64,000 nucleotides of DNA. Origin: an uncultured Desulfovibrionales bacterium (GTDB lineage Bacteria > Desulfobacterota > Desulfovibrionia > Desulfovibrionales > Desulfonatronovibrionaceae). Numbering within the stretch: position 1 is the first letter of the stretch; the number at the start of each line of letters is the position of its first letter. The stretch spans positions 2,482 to 66,481 of the forward strand of contig CAZNYT010000004.1 of assembly GCA_964577315.1 (NCBI GenBank), read 5' to 3'. The translations under genes were made by a program, and so were the position numbers. The notes beneath the pieces are model-generated. The model was not told where the DNA came from. It worked only from the letters and a program-made list of their open reading frames with translations, and searched no databases. Below are positions 38,550 through 47,000 of the stretch, piece by piece.

Positions 38550-39899
38550 TCAGAATCTCTTGAGCTCGAAGAGTTTCTTGGATTGGGTGGATACGATATG
38601 GAAATATCTGTCCTGGGGAGTGTAGATGTACGGTACGTCTTCCTTGCGCCGGTATAAGAAGTGGGCTAGAATCATACGATTTACAGCTTGATGTCCAATA
38701 ATCATGATATATGTGGGATTGCCGCTTAAGTAGATAGCCTTTTTTAAACCCCGGTCTACTCGTTCCTTCAAGGTGACGTAACCTTCCCCCTGAGGATAGA
38801 TATAGTTGTACTTGTCCTGGATCCTGGCATAAAAAACTTCAGGTTTTTCCCGGCGAATCTCTTCATAGCTCATCCCTTCACATATCCCGGAATCGATTTC
38901 GTTGAATTCCTGCAAGTGGATCACGCGGCTATTTTTCTGCTGCTGTCTTATGGGCTCAGAGGTTTCTATGGTGCGTTTTTTGGCGCTGGTGTAGATATAG
39001 GGTATATTGGTGTTCTGGAAATGCTTGGCCAGTGCTTCGGCCTGTTTCCAACCATTGGGAGTGAGTTTGGAGTCGCCGCCGATCCTGTTCTCCAGGTTAA
39101 AGTAGCTTTCACCGTGCCGAACCAGGAACAGGTTCTTGACCCAGTCCGATACCAATAGATCCCGGATCTGGACGTTACAAAAAATATTGTCCGTGATTTT
39201 TTGGGCCAGGATCTGATTGTTTAGGGAATCCAGAATGTAGTAGTTAGGCTCTTGATCCAGGGGGTCAGCAATATGCTCATAATAGGAGATCCTTTTTTGA
39301 AAGCCATCAAAGGCCTCTTGAAAGCTGTAATTGGCAAACTCGTTTTGCTGGGTTTTCTTGGTAATGCTGGCCTTTAAGATTTCCTCGTCCGTGTTTATGC
39401 ATTCCACAAAAAGAATAGGGTGATCTCCGAGCATTTCCTGGATGGTTCTGCGCCTTTTATGGCTAACATTAGTAGCGTCCAGGATGGCCACCTGCCCATT
39501 TCCAGCCAAGTATTTCCTGGCATTGTTTATGTTGGTCAGGGCTATCTGTTCCCTGAGTTCAACGTTTGTCTTGTTGTCAGGGTTGTAGAAGTCTGGCTTG
39601 GTTGAGCTCTCGCTGAGAAGTTTGCGGCGCAGATCGCCGTTGTTGAATATGCGGACCTTGATATTTTCCTTTTGGAGGCCTTCCTTGAGCTTGGCAGCCA
39701 CAGTGGACTTTCCTCTTGCCGGCAAACCCACCATGACGATATATAGTTTGTTCAAATAATCTTGCATTTTTTCAATCTTACTTCTCAGGTTATTGCTGTC
39801 AAGTGAATCTCGGGGATTCAAAAGAGATATATCCTTAGGGATAGCTTCAGAATGGAATTGTCCTTGATTCCGTGATCTCTTCTGCATATAACCTTGCAC
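38550..39899 (-). CDS. Bifunctional 6-phosphofructo-2-kinase / fructose-2,6-bisphosphatase-like protein (PFKFB type)
   Basis: The kinase half has IVMVGLPARGKST (animal PFKFB has VMVGLPARGKTY). The phosphatase half has LVRHGESYFNLENRIGGDSKLTPNG (PFKFB has CRHGESE.N..GRIGGDS.L...G). The start is uncertain: GTG at 39899, or ATG at 39887 or 39767. Confidence 0.8.
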   Translation of the reverse strand: MQGYMQKRSRNQGQFHSEAIPKDISLLNPRDSLDSNNLRSKIEKMQDYLNKLYIVMVGLPARGKSTVAAKLKEGLQKENIKVRIFNNGDLRRKLLSESSTKPDFYNPDNKTNVELREQIALTNINNARKYLAGNGQVAILDATNVSHKRRRTIQEMLGDHPILFVECINTDEEILKASITKKTQQNEFANYSFQEAFDGFQKRISYYEHIADPLDQEPNYYILDSLNNQILAQKITDNIFCNVQIRDLLVSDWVKNLFLVRHGESYFNLENRIGGDSKLTPNGWKQAEALAKHFQNTNIPYIYTSAKKRTIETSEPIRQQQKNSRVIHLQEFNEIDSGICEGMSYEEIRREKPEVFYARIQDKYNYIYPQGEGYVTLKERVDRGLKKAIYLSGNPTYIMIIGHQAVNRMILAHFLYRRKEDVPYIYTPQDRYFHIVSTQSKKLFELKRF

Positions 39900-40001
39900 T
39901 AGGTGGAGGCATGATTGCAGGTTTGTCTAGTCCTGACCGCATTTATGCCAGATGTGATCAGGATATCAATTGTTCAGAATCCAAGATAGGTAAAAGGATA
40001 T

Positions 40002-40044
40002 GTAACTATTCACGGGATTTTTTGCGTACATGGTGAATATTTAC
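40002..40044. repeat. Repeat family 1, minimal copy E (termini only)
   Basis: GTAACTATTCACGGGATTTTTTGCGTAC-ATGGTGAATATTTAC. Both terminal motifs are present with almost no internal sequence. Confidence 0.7.
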
Positions 40045-40082
40045 AAGGAGATACAAAAAATCAAGCCCTTTAGCACAGTTCA

Positions 40083-41531
40083 ATGCAAGTATTAGATTGG
40101 TTAATCCTGGCGGTTATTCTTTTCATTAATTTGTTTGCTGCAGGTCACGCTTTGCTGTTCAAGCGTGATCCCAGAGGGGCCTGGGCCTGGATTGTTACTT
40201 GTCTGTTGGTGCCCACATTGGGCCCAATACTCTACTTCCTGCTGGGGATCAATCGCGTTAAAACCCGGGCTAGGAAATTGAGGTGGTACTGGCCGCATTG
40301 GGACATGGATCTGGCTTTTTCCGGACCGGAATCGAAAACCAGCCAGGAAACAGTGCGGGATTTCAGGATTGCTCCAGATTTTCACCAACTGGCCCTGCTT
40401 TCCAAGGCTATTTCCAAGCGTCCCCTTTTGCAGGGCAATAGCGTTCAGCCTCTTTTTAACGGGGAAGGGGCTTACCCGGAAATGTTAAATACCATTGATC
40501 AAGCCCAGGAAAGCGTATATCTCATGACTTTTATCTTTGACAGCAACCAAACTGGGGAGAGCTTTGTACAAGCTCTATCTAGGGCTAAAAACAGAGGGGT
40601 GGATGTGCGGGTTATAATTGATGGTATCGGGGAGTATTATTCCTGGCCCCGGGCCAAAAAAAAATTGAAAAGGGCCAAGATACCATTTGCCAGGTTTCTG
40701 CCACCCAAACTGTATCCACCTTCCCCGTTTTTTCTTAATCTGCGCAATCACAGGAAGCTACTTATAGTAGATAGCGAGTACGGATTTGCTGGGGGAATGA
40801 ATATAGGAGACAGACATTTGGCTGAGCAGTTGGATAATCCCAAACGTCAGCAAGACATACATTTCAAGTTTACTGGACCCATAGTAAACCAGATGGAGGA
40901 AGTTTTTCTGGAGGATTGGGGTTTTTGCACCGGGGATTACAGCAGACGCCCTAGGGAGAGAGTAGTGGGTGGCTACCAGGGGGAGGCGGTATGCAGGACC
41001 ATAACCGTGGGACCCAACCAGGACATGGACAAATTGCGGATACTCTTGACCGGCGTAGTTTCCCAGGCCAAAAGAAGGGTTTTGATAATGACGCCTTATT
41101 TTCTGCCTTCCCAGGAACTGATAGGGGCCTTGCAGACCGCGGCCCTGAAAGGCCTAGAGGTAAGTGTGGTTCTGCCGTCCCAGAACAATCATCCTATTGT
41201 GCACTGGGCTACTCAGAACATGCTCTGGGAATTACTCCAATGGGGGGTGAGGGTGTTTTATCAGCCTCCTCCATTTGCTCATTCCAAGCTTTTCTTGGCG
41301 GACGACACCTATGCTTTAGTGGGCTCAGCCAATATAGATCCCCGGAGCCTCCGACTCAATTTCGAACTGGTGGTGGAAGTTTATGAGAAAAAGATGGTGC
41401 AGAGATTAGGCGGGTTTATCCAGGACAAGATCCGGGAGTCCCACGAGGTAACCCTAGCGGAAGTGGATAGCCGCCCTATTCACATACGTACCCGGGATTC
41501 GTTGTGCTGGCTTTTCAGCCCTTATCTTTAG
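40083..41531 (+). CDS. cls: Cardiolipin synthase (phospholipase D superfamily)
   Basis: 482 aa with two N-terminal TM helices and two HKD motifs (HRKLLIVDSEYGFAGGMN and HSKLFLADDTYALVGSAN). Confidence 0.9.
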   Translation: MQVLDWLILAVILFINLFAAGHALLFKRDPRGAWAWIVTCLLVPTLGPILYFLLGINRVKTRARKLRWYWPHWDMDLAFSGPESKTSQETVRDFRIAPDFHQLALLSKAISKRPLLQGNSVQPLFNGEGAYPEMLNTIDQAQESVYLMTFIFDSNQTGESFVQALSRAKNRGVDVRVIIDGIGEYYSWPRAKKKLKRAKIPFARFLPPKLYPPSPFFLNLRNHRKLLIVDSEYGFAGGMNIGDRHLAEQLDNPKRQQDIHFKFTGPIVNQMEEVFLEDWGFCTGDYSRRPRERVVGGYQGEAVCRTITVGPNQDMDKLRILLTGVVSQAKRRVLIMTPYFLPSQELIGALQTAALKGLEVSVVLPSQNNHPIVHWATQNMLWELLQWGVRVFYQPPPFAHSKLFLADDTYALVGSANIDPRSLRLNFELVVEVYEKKMVQRLGGFIQDKIRESHEVTLAEVDSRPIHIRTRDSLCWLFSPYL

Positions 41532-41621
41532 CTGCTGCACAATTGCTTTGGTCGCTTGAGAATTCCGAGCGTCCCGTTTTGTTGGTTAGTAGATGCAAAA
41601 AACAAGGAAAGGAGAAATTGT

Positions 41622-41912
41622 ATGGAAGGCTGCTATCAGATGGAAATTAACGGAAAGCCCTGTTCCTGCGTGGAGTTTCCCACCACCAAGACCAAGATCT
41701 TGTTGATTTGTGGGGAAAAGGGTTTGGTGAGTTGCGGATACTTGAACATGAATGTGGCTTCCAAGATCCAGGAGGCCGTGGCCATGGTGCGTGGAGCGCA
41801 GTCCTTGGAAGAACTGCTTTCCGCGGAGGTTCGCTCCGTGAGCCCGGTTGCAGAAGAAATGGGGGTGAAACCGGGCATGACCGGGAAAGAAGCCATGGAG
41901 ATACTGGCGTGA
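41622..41912 (+). CDS. DUF1805 (YunC-like) small protein
   Basis: 96 aa from the ATG at 41622, preceded by AAGGAAAGGAG. LLICGEKGLVSCGYLN is typical of DUF1805. The family name is from memory. Confidence 0.65.
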   Translation: MEGCYQMEINGKPCSCVEFPTTKTKILLICGEKGLVSCGYLNMNVASKIQEAVAMVRGAQSLEELLSAEVRSVSPVAEEMGVKPGMTGKEAMEILA

Positions 41913-41973
41913 TTTTGCCAACGCAGCTTCATACAACGTAACTAAAGGAAGGCTGGTTACCGAAACAGGTTAC

Positions 41974-42008
41974 AAAAAAAGGGGCGTTTATGAAGACGCC
42001 CCTTTTTT
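41974..42008. terminator. Bidirectional intrinsic terminator
   Basis: AAAAAAA-GGGGCGT-ttatgaag-ACGCCCC-TTTTTT, between the convergent DUF1805 and radical SAM genes. Confidence 0.85.
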
Positions 42009-42033
42009 GTGATTTCAGTGTATTGAAGCCTTG

Positions 42034-43638
42034 TTAGGCGGTTTCATGTTCTGAAGTTTTTTGTTTGATCTTGGAGTTGGAGTACATTTCCTCTACGTTG
42101 AAGCGGTGGCAGGGGCCACTGTTCCAGGTGCAGAATGGATAGAGGTTGCCCTGGGGGTCAGCGTAATGTACTATGCAATGGCGCACTCGATCTATTTCAT
42201 AATTGTAGTGGTCCTGAAAGTGCATGGCAGCCGAGAGAATGATTCCATAACGGCTCTTTTGAATTTTTTCTTTCAGGGCTTTCTTGTCCATTTCGTGCCC
42301 TTCCCGCAAATGTATAAGATCGTCTATGAATTCCTGCATCTTTTCAAAGTCCCAGCCTTCGGGGGCTTTGTCCTCGTGAAAGTGCTTTCTTAGTTCTCTC
42401 TTTAGCTGCAAGGCCAAAGCCTTTTTCAGCCAGGGATAGTTTTCTATGCGCTTGGCTTTCTTGTTCAGGCTTTCAGCTGCGGATTCAACATCCCAAAAGG
42501 CAGGGAAAGGAACAGCTTTGCCGGTTTCCTTGTCCACGAGTATGTAAGTCACGCATCCGCAATGGGGATGGCAGTTGGTATGTGCCATCTTCTCCCCGCC
42601 GGTAGCAGCCTCCAAAAACCTGGATACCGGGGAGACAATGGAGAAGGGATACCAATCCCGGTGCATATCCATGAAATCGGTTTGTTCCTGGAGCTCCCTG
42701 GCTAGGTCTGCAGTGGTAAAACGCATTTCCCTGCGCTGGGATTCATCGATTCTGCCGGTAAAGGACACTGGCTGCCAGCTTATGGCGGTGATCACGTCCA
42801 CGTTCTCCACGGCAAAGCGCAGGATGTCTCCTACCTGATGGTCATTGAATCCTTTGACAATAGTAGGAACCAGGGCCACTCGAACCCCGGCCTGGCGCAG
42901 ATTCTCAATTGCCTTCATCTTGGTGTCGTACAAGGGTCGGCCGCGAGTTTGACGGTAAATGTCATCACTTACACCGTCGAATTGCAAATATACCACGTCC
43001 AGGCCGGCTTCAGCTACTTGTTCTGCAAACTCCGGTTTTTGGGCGAAACGAACCCCGTTGCTCGCCACCTGAATTTGGGCAAATCCCTTGGATTTGGCTT
43101 TGCGCACAGCATCCAGAAAATGGGGGTGAATGGTGGGTTCACCTCCGGCAAACTGTACGCAAATAACCGGATGCGGCCCCAATGAGGCGATGGATTCGAT
43201 TACGTGGTCAATCTGCTCCCAGGTTAGTTCGTATACCCGGCCCACGGCATTGGAATTGGCAAAGCAGATAGGACAGTTCAGGTTGCATCGATTAGTCAAG
43301 TCAATATTGATCATGGAAGGAAAGGATTTATGATTGCTGCATACCCCGCAATCATATGGACAACCTTGCTCCGGCTTTTTGTGAGGTTTGTCCACTTTGG
43401 CCGGCTTATCGTAATGGGTATGCCGCATCTTGAGGAAAAAATCCTTGTCCGCACTAATGAGTTCCTTGAATTCGCCGTGCTCCTGACAGGATTTATTCAT
43501 AAAAACCTGGTTGTCTTCCTCTACCAGGTCGGCCTCGATTATTTTGTTACACTCGGGACAAAGGCTGCGAGTGGAAATAGGCAGGTCGTAGGTAGTGGTT
43601 TGTTCTTTGGATTTGCTCCACCAATTGTGTAAGAACAT
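42034..43638 (-). CDS. Radical SAM enzyme with N-terminal zinc-ribbon, MJ0619 / tetraether-lipid-synthase (Tes)-like architecture
   Basis: 534 aa. Zinc-ribbon CPECNK...CQEHG, auxiliary cluster motif GCPYDCGVCSNH, radical SAM motif NRCNLNCPICF, and C-terminal Cys/His clusters (NCHPHCGC, HCIVHY...FCTW). The family assignment is by recalled architecture, not by search. Confidence 0.65.
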   Translation of the reverse strand: MFLHNWWSKSKEQTTTYDLPISTRSLCPECNKIIEADLVEEDNQVFMNKSCQEHGEFKELISADKDFFLKMRHTHYDKPAKVDKPHKKPEQGCPYDCGVCSNHKSFPSMINIDLTNRCNLNCPICFANSNAVGRVYELTWEQIDHVIESIASLGPHPVICVQFAGGEPTIHPHFLDAVRKAKSKGFAQIQVASNGVRFAQKPEFAEQVAEAGLDVVYLQFDGVSDDIYRQTRGRPLYDTKMKAIENLRQAGVRVALVPTIVKGFNDHQVGDILRFAVENVDVITAISWQPVSFTGRIDESQRREMRFTTADLARELQEQTDFMDMHRDWYPFSIVSPVSRFLEAATGGEKMAHTNCHPHCGCVTYILVDKETGKAVPFPAFWDVESAAESLNKKAKRIENYPWLKKALALQLKRELRKHFHEDKAPEGWDFEKMQEFIDDLIHLREGHEMDKKALKEKIQKSRYGIILSAAMHFQDHYNYEIDRVRHCIVHYADPQGNLYPFCTWNSGPCHRFNVEEMYSNSKIKQKTSEHETA

Positions 43639-44044
43639 ATATAATCACCTCCTGACATTTATGCTCAAAGATCCTGCCTTGAGCATAGTTTAAATAGATA
43701 TGTCCGGAAAGAATGATTACTTGTTTAAAGAAGTTAAAAACTGTTTTTATTTCTCCCTTCGATATTATCGGTTCAAACTTGAAAATAGTTATTCTTTCTA
43801 AAAAATAAGGCCAGGGTTTTTTGACTGTTTTGTTGGTTTTGCTGTAGGTTTCTCGTGTATATTTTATAAATATATCTTTTTATATATCAAAATATTTTAA
43901 CTCTTACAATATTTCTGAATATATTTTTTAATCTGTAATGCACGGATTTTATCTGTCAACCTTTAAAAGCATAAAAGGGTTATGTCTTTTAAATTCCTTG
44001 TTACAATGCAACTATTCTTCATGTTTTAAGTTGCTATTTAATTC

Positions 44045-47000
44045 CTACTCTGCAGACTTGACCCACAGGGGTTTGGGTACAATAGCCACAAAGCGAGAGC
44101 CTGCCTGTCCCAGAAGCTCCCTGACCGCATTTGCTTCCTCGGTTTGCAAACTTTTTTCCAGTTCCTGGATATAAGGGTTAAGCAGATCCTGGATATCTTG
44201 GATGCCCTCCTGGGAAACAGGCGTGATCATCACGTTGGCTCCCCGGGCCAAGCGGATCTTAACGGATTCTTGCCCGAAATCGTATTCCGGGTACAGGCAT
44301 TGATATACCACTCCTCCGGTCATCCCTGCACATATCCACGGTCCGGGATCTCCCAGGACCACTGCGCGGCCACCGGTCATATATTCAAATGCGAATCCCT
44401 TGAGATGAGAACGGACTGCAATGTTGCCCAAATAGTCTCGCACCTGGGAGGTGATGCGGCCTCCGAACACTACATCCGCTCCGGAAAGCCGGACGCAAGC
44501 CCGGGAGTCGGCCATGTTCTGGATCATGAACAATCCTTGGATAGCCCCGTAAGCAAAGCTTTTCCCAGTGGATCCGTCAATATACAGACCTTGGTAATTA
44601 CCGCCCCTGAGCACACCCAGGGACCCTCCGTAGCTTCCCTTGGCTGCACCGTCCTGGGAGCCGCCTTCCACCATGACTTCCAGATGCGAAGTGCCAAAGG
44701 CACTCAGTCCGTTGCCTGGTACAGAGGATCCAAGGCGCAGCGAAGCTAGCAATTTTTTATGGTCCTGGTATTTTCGTTCCATGGCACCAGCGAGGTAAGT
44801 GCCTATGGCTCGGTCCGAGCTGCGCACCTCGTCCTCGGCAAAACTGACCCGGGTATCGCCGGCTTCAAAGCGTTCCATGGCCAGGTCCGAGATCAACTTG
44901 GTCAAATAATTCAATGGCTTGCGCAGCACCTGGTTGCGGCTCTCTTTTTGTTGATCTTTCACAGGTTGTGCAGGCGGTTGGAGCAAACCAGCAAGGTCAA
45001 CTTTGTCCCCGGCTATATCCTGGTACAAAAGATCCGAGCGTCCCACCAGGTCCTGGAGCCTGGAGATGCCCATGCGGGCCAGGCGCATGCGTAGTTCATC
45101 TCCCAGGGCTCCCAAGAGCCGGGACAGGTTTTCTGCTTCCATCTCGGTTTCCCGGGGCCAAAAACCCTTGACTCCTTTTTCTTCCGCCTGCTCCTTGGTT
45201 CTTAATTGGGTGGAAATGCCCATGGGACAGCGATCCAGATGGCAGCGGCGGCAACTTACGCAGCCAATGCCCATCAGGGCCAGGGTCCCCAGCCCCACAC
45301 GGTTGGCCCCGAGCAGAACCAGCTTGAGCACTTCGTGGCCGTTGCGCACTCCCCCGTCGCACCAGATTTCCACTTGTTCCCGGATACCGGATTCGCTCAG
45401 GGCGCGGTGAGCCTCCTTTACACCGATCTCTACCGGCAGGCCCACGTATCTTTTGGCGTGCTCCCGTGCCGCGCCGGTACCGCCCTCAAAACCGCTGATA
45501 TTGATTACGTCCGCTCCTGCCTTGGCTATTCCCACGGCTATAGTTCCAACCCCGCTGGTAACAGGGATCTTTACGGATACCTTGGCCCCGGGATGGGCGG
45601 TTTTTAATTCGGTTATGGTCTGGGCCAGATCCTCAATGGAGTAGATATCATGCTGGTTGGAGGGAGATATCAGGGTGATGCCGGGCTTGCACTTCCTGGC
45701 CTCGGCCACTATGGAAGAAACCTTGGTTCCAGGGAGGTGTCCCCCCTCTCCGGGCTTGGCTCCCTGGCCGATCTTGATCTCCAGGTAATCCGTGGAGTTA
45801 AGTAGGCCCATAAACACCCCGAAGCGCCCGGATGCTATTTGCTGGCCCCGATTGTGCCTGAATTTGCCGAGCATGTCCGGTATTTCGCCGCCTTCGCCGT
45901 TCAGGCAAACGATATTGGCTTTCCTGGCTGCCAAGGCATAGGCCCGAAAGGAGTTTTCACCTTGGGATCCAAAGGACATGGCCGCTATAACCAGGGGTAG
46001 ATCGTGTCCCCCTACGGATAAATCCACGTTGTCCTGGGTTAGCCTGTTGGTTTCTTCTTCCTCCCTGGTGCTGAGAAGGTGGCGCAGACCGGTAGGCAAT
46101 TCCCGATCGATTTCCTCCATGGACCTGGCCATTTCCGCGTAACCGGTCTTGCCCAGGGCTACCTTGCGCAGCAAACGTCCTACCTTGGGGTTGCGGGAAG
46201 GCTCGGAGTAAAGGTCCTGTTCCGTGTCGGATGCAGCCCGGTTTAGTCTTTCCCGGGCCTGGTTTTGCATAAATTCCAATCCCAATCCGGCATCTTCAGA
46301 AGCGCAGAAGTTTGATACCTGCAGCTTTTGGGCCAGATCTGTGGTGAGTCCGATGGAGGAGAATATTCGGCCATATCCGCAGATTTCATGGATGCCCATT
46401 GTGGACATGACCTTCTCCATTCCGGCCTGGAGTACCTTAATGGTATTTTGAACCGCCTCGAAAGGGGACAGCTCCTCATGGGCGTAGCTTGCAGAAATTC
46501 TCCACAGTAGATAGGGGTTTACTGCTTCCGCTCCCAAACCCACCAGGAACATGATATCGTGCAGGTTGCGCACCGCTCCGGAGCGCACTACTAAAGAAGC
46601 CTGGCGGCGCAAACCGGATTTGACCAGTTCTTCGATCACCCAGGCTGTAGCCAGGCCGGGATCGATATATACCTGTCCCTCTCTGAATGAAGAGGAATCA
46701 TCCAAAAGGAGCAGCATGCTCCCGGCTCGGACTTGTTCCCGGGCTTGATCCGCTAGGTCTTTCAGTGCTTTTTCCAGTCCTTCTTCCGGGTCAAAGGTGG
46801 TGTCCAGGACCGCGATCCTATGCGGATCATGGCCCTGCCCGGAAAAGAAGGATGTGACCTCCTCCAGTAAGGCCCCGTTAAATTTTCTGGCCAACTCCTG
46901 TTCCCGGTCCAGGCTCAAAATGCCTTCCAGGCCGCGGCCTCCCAATAACAGCGGGGTTTCTACCTCAAAACCCAAGGGAGGAACCGGGTTTCTTTGGCAG

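Noticed and set aside
12441-40044. Dispersed repeats or the heptamer array as a CRISPR array
   Set aside because: The copies are kilobases apart, of unequal length and in both orientations. There are no regularly spaced direct repeats and no cas genes.
43938-44174. 78-aa plus-strand ORF in the AT-rich region upstream of the Tes-like gene
   Set aside because: It overlaps the 3' end of gltB on the opposite strand, has AT-rich low-complexity sequence and no RBS.
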